Assembly: GCA_951406725.2 (NCBI GenBank)
Contig: OX597817.1
Span: forward strand, 169,942,001-170,006,000
Reading direction: 5' to 3'
Source of the DNA: Octopus vulgaris
Lineage: Eukaryota
Length of the DNA stretch: 64,000 bases
Below, piece by piece: positions 13,106 to 24,662 of this stretch. The position numbers and the translations under genes are program-made. Numbering within the stretch: position 1 is the first letter of the stretch; the number at the start of each line of letters is the position of its first letter. Under the pieces are notes generated by a model that did no database searches, was not told the DNA's origin, and saw nothing but the letters and a program-made list of their open reading frames with translations.

Positions 13106-13717
13106 TCCTTTAGCATTTAAACTGGCCATATCCAGCCCAAATATTCTAACATTTTTTCTGCTCAAACTGTCACGATCTGGCCCATTTCACCTACGCTACA
13201 GTGTCATTCTAAAAATAAGTAACCACATCATCAAAATCTCAAAATTACAAGATAATGCATGGAGCGCAGGAGTGACTGCGTGGTAAGTAGCTTGCTTACC
13301 AATCACATGGTTCTGGGTTCATTCCCACTGCGTGGCACCTTGGGCAAGTGTCTTCTACTATAGCCTTGGGCCAACCAAAGCCTTGTGAGTGGATTTGGTA
13401 GATGGAAACTGAAAGAAGCCCGTCGTATATATGTATATATGTGTGTGTGTGTGTGTGTTTGTTTGTTTGTGTTTGTCCCTCCAACAACGCTTGACAACCG
13501 ATGCTGGTGTGTTTACGTCCCTGTAATTTAGCGGTTTGGCAAAAGAGACCGATAGAATAAGTCCTACAAAAAATAAGTCCTAGAGTCGATTTGCTCAACT
13601 AAAGGCGGTGCTCCAGCATGACCACAGTCAAAATGACTGAAACAAGTAAAAGATTGATCCAAAACAAAGTTAATAAATCAACATTACATTTGATACAGCA
13701 ACCTGAATGCTAAGGGG
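13106..13717. mobile_element. piggyBac-type MITE (inverted relative to 1966-2187) interrupted by a SINE
   Basis: TTAA|TCCTTTAGCATTTAAACTGGCC...GCTAAGGGG|TTAA. SINE A is inserted at 13263-13652. Confidence 0.75.
13263..13652 (+). mobile_element. tRNA-derived SINE family A, full length
   Basis: Head with A/B-box-like motifs (gtgactgcgtggtaag; gggttcattccc), CORE-like gcaccttgggcaagtgtctt and internal (TG)n. Many copies in the window. Confidence 0.85.
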
Positions 13718-15729
13718 TTAATGAATATTCATTTGAGGAGGAAAGGAAAACATGATATGGGACCTAGTTTGAAAAAGTTGTGTGAAATTGGTAGTTAATG
13801 TTTAGTGTGGATTGCTGTGAGTTTAGAGTTAGCGGGAAGATAGTGGAGAAGGAAGATATCAGAGAGGGGAAGAATTGAACAGTGTTTGCAGGACCAGGTG
13901 CAGCAAATGGAAGTCAAACATGCATGAGATAAATATATTTAAGTGGATGCAATAGAGGTTGGGTCAGTTGAAAGGAGCAACAGTTTGTGTAGTAAGGTTA
14001 ACAGAAGAGGAAAGACAACTGAATGATGTAATAGGTATTGATATTAAAAGTGCATGATAAGAAACGATGTGACAGAATTGACCTCTATCATGATAGAAGC
14101 TATCAGAGAAAATATCACAACAATGCTTCAACAATAAATCAGTCATGCTGCATAAGCATATGAATTCTAACAGAGATTAGAATAATATATGATCTCTTCT
14201 CACATTCAATAACCATGAAGGATAGCAGTTTAAAATGATGTTTTGGAAGCAAATTGTGAAGGAAAAAACAAAAACATCATGTAGACGACAGAATATGACA
14301 AGGACTGGATTAGAAACAGAAAAAGTTTATACAGAAATCATAAGATTGACGGGGATTGAAAACAAATCTTTAAAGATCAACCAGGTTATTAGATAATGTT
14401 CCCAACCGTTATTGAGTAGAATGTAAGAGAGAGAATTAGTCTATATTAAAATGAAATTATAACATTTCACTAATGAGGAAGAATGAAATGAAATTGTTAT
14501 GCTGTAATCTAACATTATTATAAGATTCCATCTCAACTAAAAAAAACTCTTTTGCAGATAGAATTGAACTCATTGCTACAGCTCTAATGTCAGAGATTGC
14601 ACTATATGTTAAGCTATATAAGCCAAATTTATAAGAAATGTAAGAAATGTGATAAGAAAAAAAAACATGCCATTAAAGATTGGCAAATATTTACTAAATG
14701 TCTGGTGACTATACTAAAATATTTTGTGACAGTTCAATGGCTTTGACTAAATTCAAAATCAAACCAAGAGTAAACTGTTCCAGAACAGAGCAAAGCAATG
14801 ATGGTAAATATCAGCTAAATTATTGTTGTTATTCTGTAAAACATTAACAAAAACAAGAGATTTAAAAAACAAAAAAATAAGATGTTTGAACAGCTAATGT
14901 TAGATAACGAAGAGAAAGGAACCTGTTTTGGAATCAATTCAGGCAACGAAGTTAGAATGAATATAAGGACCGTTAGTTCAACTTAGTGATTCAATACTTA
15001 ACTACAGAAATGGTTAACAGCCAACAAATCTAATAGAGAAGCAGACTTTACCAAAATACTTAACAAGAATCACCGAAATTATTAACAATAACAAGTAACA
15101 TATAACTTTCGGGCCAGTAATTCACTCATGTAAAATCTGCTGCACCACAAATAACACAAGCAACAGAGGTTCTATGCAGTTACTAGAGCAGTTCAATAGA
15201 CTTAACAAATCTCTGACAAGTTCTTTTAACCATGTTTTTAATATAATATTACACCAGGACAACACACAATGAAGACAGGAATAGCAACAAATAAAATGTT
15301 GATTGAAAGCTTCAGACAACCTTAACCCTCCATGCCAAACATCTGCTCAAAGACTTGACCAACACCGCTATCAACCACCAACAGCATGTGTCACTCTTAC
15401 CTGCTAGAAATAGCAGCTATAGCTCCTCTAAACACATCTTACTGTCTTTAAAAAAAAGAAGTGCAGTGAGTAATGTAGTCTAGGGTTGAATACAATAGAC
15501 CACAAGTTCACTTGATCATGGCCAGTTTGAGAATATATATAGCAACACTTCAAATGGGAATGATTTCATGTTTTCCAAACAAAATATCATCCATGTATTA
15601 AAAGCAAAAATCAATGGGAAATTGCATATAATCATAAGTTTTCTTGATAGCAGAACATTGATACTACATAACCTTTCCATAGAAACATTCAGACTCCCCT
15701 ATCTTACATAGCTCTTATTATCTATTCCG

Positions 15730-16620
15730 ATGTTCATACCATCATGACCTACTTCTAGAATACCAATCACTATTATCACATGTAGACATCCTATCATACA
15801 CCTCTCTACTAACTACCACACCTACTATCATTATATGTCCATACCACCATCACCTCTCATTAATATGACTACTATCACCTTACCTTTACTCTGGCTACCA
15901 TCCATTACCAGCACATAATTCTTTCTACTATAGTTCAAGGCCTGAAATTTTGGGGAGGGGATAGTCAATTACATCAACCCCAGTGCTCAACTGGTACCTA
16001 ATTTATTGACTGTGAAAGGAAGAAAGGCAAAGTCGACCTTAGCAGAATTTGAACTCAGGACGCAAGGACAGATGAAATGCCGCTAAGCATTTTGCCCGAT
16101 GTACTAACAATTCTACTAACTTGCCATCTTAAACCAGCACATAATAATACCTTCAATCATCTGCAGCTACTGTAGCTATCATCACCTAACTCTGTTGGAG
16201 CTACCATCTGCTACCATCACATGTCCATACTACCATCACCTCCTGCTGCTGCATGAATCGTTCACAACCATCACATATCAATTCCATTATTGCTTACTCC
16301 TACTGTAGCTACCATCCACTACCATCTCTACCACCATCACCCCCAACTAATGTGGCAACCATTCCTTTTACTACTACCATGTCCATACCACTATCTTTTA
16401 CCACAATGCTAGCCACCATTTACTACCATCACATATCCATAGCATTGCCATCTTACCTCTACAGTAGCTACTTTCCACCACCAGTACATATCCATAGGAT
16501 AACCACCTACTTTTACTGTAATTACCATCACATGATCGCCCCACCCCCATCAACAATCACATGACTCTATCTCAACCATCACACGCTTATAGCTATGATG
16601 CACTACAGCCTACTGCAACT
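15730..16620. repeat. Low-complexity CAT/CAC/TAC-rich degenerate repeat with a SINE B insertion (~15921-16128)
   Basis: Recurrent accatcacatgtccatactaccatcacc units. Confidence 0.6.
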
Positions 16621-17877
16621 CAGATAATTTACTTTTTCTCAAGTTAGTCTACCATTCAGATTCTCCATGTATATCTAATGTAATCCTGTGCTCTGAACAT
16701 AAGGGGAAAAACTGCAATCATTCATTTTACTTGAATAGACTAGATATTAAGAAGCAGCCAAGCTAGAAAGATCAAGAATCTGAGGGTCTTTCAAAAGAGT
16801 TCTGTTGGCTGATTATTAAGTTTCTTGATCCTCTGACTGTGACTTAACACAGAGGCAGCATCACTGACTCACTGTCCAATCAATTTGTTTGGTGCATTAC
16901 ATAAAATCAGATTACCATCAAAATTAACAACAGTGAACTAACAATCCAAAGATAAAAAGTGCTTCATTCAGATATGTTCAGCCATGAATAGCTTTGCTTT
17001 AGCTGAACTAGAACTTAATTCTGGTAAATGCTTAGCATCAACTACCAGCATTGTTCATTGTATTGATACAGTGCAGTAGAATTTCAGCTGTATTGATAGT
17101 CTACCTGGATTATCACTGAATCTTTTTAGCTGTCCTATCAGGAAAATTGATCAGAGACACATCATTGCAGTGCAGCTACAAGGTGAACGTCCTGACTGCA
17201 AATATTTAATTCAACTTTGTATCTTTCAATTCAAACAATCACATCTACGCATTACTTCTTTTTTTTTTTTTTCCAGTGAGAAAGAGACACAAATACACAG
17301 GAAAGAGACATAACACAGAGTCTGTGTCTGAAACAAATTAAATAGCTATATTTATACGCTGGAATCTTGTCACTTGCTTTAAAATTAGCTTCGTGATTAC
17401 AAAGTGAGAAAGAAGAGCATCAGAAATGAGTATGTAACACATCATAAAATAAAAATTTAAATATTCAGGGTTAAATCTACCCCAGTTCAACTAAAAAAAA
17501 GACACACGTGCACAGAGAGAGAGAGAGAGAGAGAAAGAGACAGACAGACAGAGAGAGGGAGAGAGAGACAGACAGACAAACAGGGTAGAGAGAGAAAGAG
17601 AGAGAGAGAGAGAGATTTCAATTACAAGCGTATTATTTTTGCTGCTACTTTTAAGAAAATTGGGTTATTTCCTGGAAGATGAATGTAGTCAGTAGCTGAA
17701 AGTTTTAAATTTATTTATGATCCAAAGCAATTGCTTTTCTTTTCTATATAAATATTTCTTTTATTTAATGTTAAGGCAAGCTATCTTTTAATATGCAATT
17801 TCTACTAGAGAAGCAAAAGATGAGAAAGTTATAACTAAAAGTTTATTTCTTCATACATTATTTATATATCTTATATT

Positions 17878-18090
17878 CATTTCTACTCTAGGCACAAGGC
17901 CTGAAATTTGGGGGGAGTGGGGCCAGTCGATTAGATCGACCCCACTATGCCACTGGTACTTAATTTATCAACCCCAAAAGGATGAAAGGCAAAGTCAACC
18001 TTGGCCGAATTTGAACTCAGAACTTAAAGACAGATGAAATACCGCTAAGCATTTTGCCCGGCGTGCTAAAGTTTCTACCAGCTCGCCACC
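17878..18090 (-). mobile_element. SINE family B, near full length
   Basis: Reverse complement of ggtggcgagctggtagaaac...gcctttcatccttttggggttgataaattaagtaccag. Confidence 0.8.
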
Positions 18091-18560
18091 TTGATTCTGG
18101 ATATAACTACTAGTCTCTATGGGTCACCAAACTTTCATACATATATATATATATACATACATATATAATATTCATATTTGAATATATAAATATATCTTAT
18201 ATTAATCACAAGTTAAAATGACCAGTTAATTATACCAATTATAAGTTTTGCTATATACAAGAAATTACCTTAATGAATTTTAATGACTAAAATACTTATC
18301 AGTATCACATCCTACATTACTCATATATTACTAGTAAATAAAAGCCATGATTGTGTGTGTGCGTATCTATATGTATGTAAAACTACCTTATAGAAAGAAA
18401 GCACTCAATACATTTGTAGAGTAACAATTTATTGTGAATATTGGGAAAAACAAGTCAATACCTCACTGTGACTAACAGTTTTATTTTGAGTGGGAATGCT
18501 TGAGTATTCTCACTCTGTATTCTGGATATAACTACTAGTCCCCATGGATTACCAAATTTT

Positions 18561-18592
<32 letters not shown>

Positions 18593-18767
18593 GGTCCGGT
18601 TGATTGGGGTTAACCACAGTAAATAAGGTACTCAATACATAGCAGGTAAAATTAATTTATTATATAGAAGGAGCTTCTACAGGACTAGAACTGTTTCATT
18701 CAAGAGAAATCTTCAGGAAGCACTTCCTGAAGATTTCTCTTGAATGAAACAGTTCTAGTCTGTAAAC

Positions 18768-18770
<3 letters not shown>
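18593..18770. mobile_element. Penelope-like fold-back fragment inserted in (TA)n
   Basis: Perfect 38-bp arms at 18683-18720 and 18723-18760, flanked on both sides by (TA)n. Carries a hammerhead motif. Confidence 0.65.
18673..18721 (-). ncRNA. Type-I hammerhead ribozyme motif
   Basis: Minus strand reads GCUUC-CUGAAGA-UUUC UCUU GAAU-GAAA-CAG UUCUAGUC CUG-UA-GAAGC. Stem I is 5 bp, stem III is 4 bp and the triplet is GUA. Stem II is closed by U-U (non-canonical). Confidence 0.65.
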
Positions 18771-18809
<39 letters not shown>

Positions 18810-19093
18810 CATATTTGAAAATATAAATATATATTCTACAGGAAACAAAAGAATTTTTGAATGCAGAATAGCTGTGAAAATAGCTTAGGGGATTGGGTAA
18901 ATACCCTTAAGAAGATGGAAAAAGTGGACAGCAAGCTGCTACAGAGAATCAAACCCTGTACATTACAAATTCCAGCAGAACCAGCCACTTTTTCCATCTT
19001 CTAAGGGTATTTTACCCTATCTTCTAAGCTGCTTTCACAGCTATTCCTTTATTTTCTATAGAATACCAACTCATTTGGCACATCTAATTTTGT

Positions 19094-19125
<32 letters not shown>

Positions 19126-19153
19126 GGAAAAAAGCAACAAGAATGGATTAAAA

Positions 19154-19241
19154 TCTCGGTACGATCGTTTCGTACGAGGACATCTTTAATAAGCTACAAA
19201 AAATGCAGTGAATACAGATGGCTCGTACTCGTCAGCCGAAA
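19154..19241 (-). ncRNA. Minimal type-I hammerhead ribozyme (sense to AP1AR pre-mRNA)
   Basis: Reverse complement of the 19541-19628 motif. Core CUGACGA at 19235-19229, GAAA at 19171-19168, GUA at 19162-19160. Confidence 0.8.
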
Positions 19242-19540
19242 AAACATCAGAGAATTCCCAAACATCAAAAGGGGTAGATACAAAAGAGGTTGTAAGATTA
19301 ACTGCATTGAAGAAAGTTTGATTCATGGAGATCCGATGAAAGTCATGCATGACTGTATCCGAAAATTTCTTCACACAACTTGATCAAATATTCAATATGA
19401 GCTATATGTAGACATGCATAAATTCTATAGGTTTAAAACCTTTCATCGGATCTCCATGAATCGAACTTTCTTCAATGCAGCTAATCTTACAACCTCTTTT
19501 GTATCTACCCCTTTTGATGTTTGGGAATTCTCTGATGTTT

Positions 19541-19628
19541 TTTCGGCTGACGAGTACGAGCCATCTATATTCACTGCATTTTTTGTAGCTTATTAAAGAT
19601 GTCCTCGTACGAAACGATCGTACCGAGA
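19541..19628 (+). ncRNA. Minimal type-I hammerhead ribozyme
   Basis: UUUCGG-CUGACGA-GUACGAG[43 nt]CUCGUAC-GAAA-C GAUC G-UA-CCGAGA. Stem I UUUCGG/CCGAGA, 7-bp stem II base, palindromic ACGAUCGU stem III. Predicted cleavage after 19622. Confidence 0.8.
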
Positions 19629-19775
19629 TTTTAATCCATTCTTGTTGCTTTTTTCCTATTTGTAATCACCCCATTTGTCGTATGGTTAACACCATATAGA
19701 TTTCCGGTGCATCCTAGTTAAGGACCATATTCATGTGAATTCATTAGAATTCACTAGAATCTCAATTACTTAACC

Positions 19776-19817
<42 letters not shown>

Positions 19818-19981
19818 TTACAAATACATATAAGGTTAGTAATATTAATACATATTAATACATATAAGGTTAGTAATATTAAAATGAAGGCAAGATAATA
19901 AAAAAAGAAGCAGAAAGCATAAAACCCACCACCATAAGCACCAGAACGGCCTGGTGAAGTAAAAACACACCAAAACATTAC

Positions 19982-20078
19982 CTGTGCTTCAATCTCAGCA
20001 TCAATTTTTTTTTGCTCGTGAACAAGAGCCCTATAGTGTTTCTCAGATAAAAGCTGTTTCTCAAAGTCAGTCAGGGGC
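19982..20078 (-). CDS. AP1AR: AP1AR/Gadkin coding exon (97 nt), PLTDFEKQLLSEKHYRALVHEQKKIDAEIEAQ
   Basis: atgtatag|G CCC CTG...GCA CAG|gtaatg. The peptide resembles human AP1AR RPLTEEEIVDLRERHYDSIAEKQKDLDKKIQKE (recalled sequence). Phase 0 at the 3' end matches the next exon. Confidence 0.9.
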
Positions 20079-21139
20079 CTATACATAGACAGGTTGGATA
20101 AATAAAACACCAAAAACATAAACAATGCACAATAAAAGCATAATATAAACAAAAACAAAAAAATATACACATTGAAAGAATCTAATGAAGTATACATGTT
20201 TACTACTTGTAATATAAATGAAGATTCACTACATGTGCTGAAGACAGAGAAGCATACAATAGCAGTGTTGGACTGATACTATAATTTTTTTTTTTTTTTT
20301 TTTTTTTTTTTTGCCTTTCATGATCTGCCAATAATTCTGGTTAAATATTGTAATTCACTAAATACAGACTGGAGTAATGCTGGGTCTTCACCCAGGAACA
20401 GTGAATCGTTTCAAGGATACACATTATCCAATAGGTATAAAATGCTACTAGATAGCAACAAGATGTTTACATATTATACTTGAAACAGTTTACAAACAAA
20501 CCAAAACGGAAAAAAAAAATTTAAACTATATAAATAAGTTCATTCTTAGATTCAATAGAAATAATTCCATTCTTCAGAGAATAGTTATAATTGTCATTTT
20601 CAAAGGTACAAAGTCACAAATTTTTTTTTTTTTTTTACATCTATTAATATTCAAAAGGAATAATGATAAAGAATAACATAATGATGATGATGATGATGAT
20701 GATGCTCACGTAATTATAACTTCAAAAATATTACCGAAATTTTAAAGCATATTTTTAATGAAAATAAATTTATTAAAAGTTCAAAGCTTTTTCTAAACTG
20801 AGAATCCCCAAAGAGTAAGTGTATTCCAAATGTTCTCTTTAATCAGTTCTTTTATTTACTATTACCGGAGATAATATATATATTAGATCAACAACAATCG
20901 ATGATGGAATTGTTGGTCTGCATCAAAGTCTCCGCAACTTAAGTAGTTATTATTTCAACAAGAATTTGATTGCTTTTTATCTATCAGTTTGCAAAGTGCT
21001 TTTAGATAATCTTCAACGAAGGTCTACAGACGATTACAGCTGATATTGAGTCGGAACTGTTGCAGTTATAATCTGCATATAATGCACGTGTACATAACCT
21101 GCTAGAAGTAAATATTCAGTTTGTACTGCTGAATGCATG

Positions 21140-21565
21140 GTGCATGTGTGACTGAGTGGTAAAAAGTTTGCTTCTCAACCACATGTTTCCTGGTTCAATT
21201 CCGCTGTATGACACCTTGACAACTATCTTCTTCTACAGCCCTGGGTCAACCAGAGCCTTGTGTGTGGAGTCGGTAGATGGAAACTGAAAGACACCCATTG
21301 TGTGTATGTATGTGTGTGTGTGTGTGTAAATATATCTTTACATGTGGGTCTTTATGTTTGTGTTTGTCCCCTGCCACCACTGGGTGACTGGTGTTGGTTT
21401 GTTTATATCCCTGTAACTTAGTGGTTTGACAAGAGAAACCAACAGAATAAGTAACAGGCTTTAAAAAAACAATTAAATACTGGGGTCAATTAGTTCAACT
21501 AAACCCTTTAAGATGGTGCCCCAGTATGACCCACAGTCCAATGACTGAAATAAATGATAAAAGAA
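21140..21565 (+). mobile_element. SINE family A
   Basis: Homologous to 13263-13652. Confidence 0.75.
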
Positions 21566-22045
21566 GACTGTTTTACTTTGTTATTCGTTCAATGTTTTGG
21601 TGCCCTGGATTGCAACCATACTGGGAGGATTTTTGGTGGGGACACTCACTGCCTGCAAAGGTTTCATGTGGTCACATTTTAGGCTGGTCCTTATTTCATA
21701 TTATTTACAATAGATGGATAGGGGTCCTCATCTTGTTTCTGCTGATGTACCTCTCCAGTATGCTGGATGCTGTTTCATGTGCCACTGGCACAGATACTTC
21801 TTAAGTGGTGTCCTTTGTTTCCAATCTTCCGTGAAAACATGTCTAGCCATGGGGAAATATTACTTTACATGGAAACCAGTGAGGTTTGATGACAGGAAAG
21901 GATTACAACGTAAAATTTGACAGTAGAAAATATGCTTCAATGAATTTTGCTTCACACATGAGTATAAAAAGGTGGATGTCTAAAAAAAATACTGTGTGCA
22001 CATGTGTGCGTGTGTGTGTGCATGTACATATATTTTTGTAACATA

Positions 22046-22341
22046 AAAACACCATCCGAGCGTGGCCGTCTGCCAGCCTCGTCTGGCACCTGTGTCGGTG
22101 GCACATAAAAAACACCATCCGAGCGTGGCCATTCGCCAGCCTCGTCTGGCACCTGTGTCGGTCGCACATAAAATCACCCACTACACTCTCGGAGTGGTTG
22201 GCGTTAGGAAGGGCATCCAGCTGTAGAAACACTGCCAGATCTGACTGGCCTGGTGCAGCCTTCGGGCTCCCCAGACCCCAGTTGAACCGTCCAACCCATG
22301 CTAGCATGGAAAGCGGACGTTAAATGATGATGATGATGATG
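22046..22341 (+). mobile_element. Family C retroposon with internal ~61-bp tandem unit and (GAT)n tail
   Basis: aaaaacaccatccgagcgtggcc occurs twice; ends ...gcatggaaagcggacgttaaatgatgatgat. Confidence 0.8.
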
Positions 22342-23149
22342 AATGGTTCTGCACATTTGTATCTTATCAAATTCAACTCTTTTGCTTGCTCAACTTCTGA
22401 AGCTAGAGTAGAAGACACTTGCTTAAGGTGCCATTGAATGGAAGCAAACCTAGAACCATGTGGTTGCAAAGTGAACTTTTTTACCATAGCCTGATTTATA
22501 CTTTTAAACACACACACACACACACACACAAAATGAGAGACAAATAGATTATATCACTGATACAGATAAAGTACATACACAGCCACACACATACAGTAGC
22601 AAGATGAAATGTTGAAAACAAAGATTTCTATTATCTCAAAACCACTTCATAGTTTCTTCTCTTTATAAACTGTTGGCCATCAAACACTATTGGCCATTGT
22701 TGAGATTTGTTTTATCTGTAACATCTTTACAATGTTAAACAGAAAAACAATGTGTTTAAGTGTGCACATACTCTGTAATGTCTCCATTTTAATCAACTGC
22801 AGTTGTAATTTATTTCCTTAAATAATCTCAAATCACTGCTAAAGTAGACAAATATGTATGTGCCATGGCCTAACAAGAAACATTACACCATTCCTCCTTA
22901 TATCTTATGTCACAACTAATTAAGCTTAATTAAGAAGCTAGCATGCATATTAGAATGCTGCCAAAGTGCTTCAGAAGTAATTAAAACATTGCTTTTGTTC
23001 AATTGAATTAAGCCAACCTTAATCCAAAAGGTCCTTCTTTTTTACAGACAGTAAAATGGGAATTGAATGAAGTTTAGTTGTTATTTCTAGCAGGTTGAAT
23101 TACAGTGTAGAGCTTCTCTCAGGTAAAGTACATTATTGTGAGAAGACAA

Positions 23150-24150
23150 CTAAAAGAAGAAATGCCAATTATATATTTTAAGATGTGAAATACAGTGGTT
23201 TTCATTTTTTGTAGCCAAGTCAGGGAGAGAGTCTCTGCCCATGAACTGTTCAATTCCACTAAGACTATCCAGGTTGATACAGCTTTATGTTCAACTTTCA
23301 AGATGAAGTATCAACGTCACAAATGAATGAGGTCTGGGTGTAGAAGGTTAAGGAGGAGGAAAGGAAATCTTGATGTGAAGTGCAATTACATTGATTTTGA
23401 TGAACTTCTTGATGGCTTTTGACCACTTGTAAGCAACATAGAGGAGCAAGTCCTTCTTAGATCCAGTTCCGTGGAAGCCATATTGGTGATGAGTGATATT
23501 ATCTGCTTAGAAACTAATTGAAGTAACAGCTAGAAAGTTGGAAGTTAGTGAAATATAACTGAACCTTAAGACAAAGAAGTACTGAGAGTGCAAGTCAGAG
23601 AGATCTACACATTTCTACAGAAGCCTAATTATCACTTGAAAAGAAAAGAGAGACTCAAGATGTTGGAGAAGGTAACTGATAATCTTTCTTTCAATCTTCC
23701 TTGAAACATTGGAAGTGAGAGCAGCAGGTCAGATGTTGGATGAGCTTGAGAAGTTGCTCTTCTAATGGATGGAACTGTAACAGGTTTTTGAAGATCAGGA
23801 GAGATCCCTATGGAGAAGGTAATAAATGTGATGTTGCCAGTGCTAATGGCCCTGTTGACTTGAAGTATTTCTGCAGAAGTAATTCTGGACTTGACATGTA
23901 TGGATATATAAAGGCAAAGCTGTTGGAATGGAGGGTAGGGTGAGTTTAAAAATTTTTTAAGGGTTTTTGTGTGAGTGTTTGTGAAAATGTCAAAGATTTC
24001 TGTTGGAGCACTGTTTACAAAGACACCTTAAATGAAGAGAGGTGGGTAGCAAGATTCCAAAAAGTCAGTAGATATCCTTTTGGTAAGGAAGGTAGAACTA
24101 ACTGGGAGAGATTGCAAGATATGTGATGCACAAATACATTTCTTGCTTTA
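23150..24150 (-). mobile_element. Highly decayed LINE reverse-transcriptase relic (L2/Jockey-like)
   Basis: Minus strand near 23640-23750 reads SSNI*PAALTSNVSRKIERKIISYLLQHLESL, resembling NYRPIALTS..SK..E......L..HLE. Boundaries are approximate. Confidence 0.5.
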
Positions 24151-24340
24151 GATTAAAGAGAATTTATGATAAGAAATTTAATAATGAATTTGTATTTTGA
24201 GTGTCATTTCTCCAAAGAATCAAAACTCAATCCCAAACATTACACTCTAGATACCAGTAGAGTGACAGTAATATAGTAAAACAGATGTTCAGTAACTTTA
24301 GTTGTGTTTTAAAAAAGACCTTGATAGTCAATATTACGCA

Positions 24341-24662
24341 GATTTGGTTTGCAAGATTCTTTATATGAGTTCGTGTGTTGAAGCATATTTTGTTGTGTCT
24401 GGGGAAGAGTCATTTTCTTTTTGTGCCTTATAATGTAACACACTCACCGGTAAAATTTCCACTTATTTCTTATTTTTATTTTCCTAAAATTTTCATTGCG
24501 TCTTGCAACCTTTTCAATAGTCTTGACTCTCAAGACTATTGAAAAGGTTGCAAGATGCAACAAAAATTTTAGGAAAATAAGAAGAAATAAGTGGAAATTT
24601 TACTGGTGCGTGTGTTACATTATAAGGCACAAAAAGAAAATGTCTCTCCCCAGACACAACAG
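24341..24662. mobile_element. Fold-back (hairpin) element with 8-bp flanking direct repeat
   Basis: Arms 24391-24526 and 24530-24661 around a CTC loop. ATTACGCA occurs at 24333-24340 and 24663-24670. Confidence 0.75.

Larger units (their letters stand above)
19123..19778. mobile_element. Penelope-like pseudo-LTR with 220-bp inverted duplication, inserted in (TA)n
   Basis: Arms 19123-19342 and 19440-19659 differ at about 3 positions. A unique tail runs to 19778, (TA)n flanks both sides, and each arm carries a hammerhead. Confidence 0.8.

Noticed and set aside
15395-15420. ctagcAG|GTaaga ratchet-like site
   Set aside because: Part of a dispersed repeat (gctatttctagcaggt) seen several times in the window.
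16700-17250. Unique moderately GC-rich stretch, possible nested exon
   Set aside because: No ORF of 60 aa or more in the track and no recognisable motif or convincing splice pair.
19186-19596. Two near-identical ~60-aa ORFs on opposite strands
   Set aside because: A by-product of the 220-bp inverted repeat; no coding signature.
19766-20197. 143-aa ORF with hydrophobic ends, suggesting a membrane protein
   Set aside because: Only 19982-20078 is exon-like and homologous; the flanks are T-rich intron read in frame.
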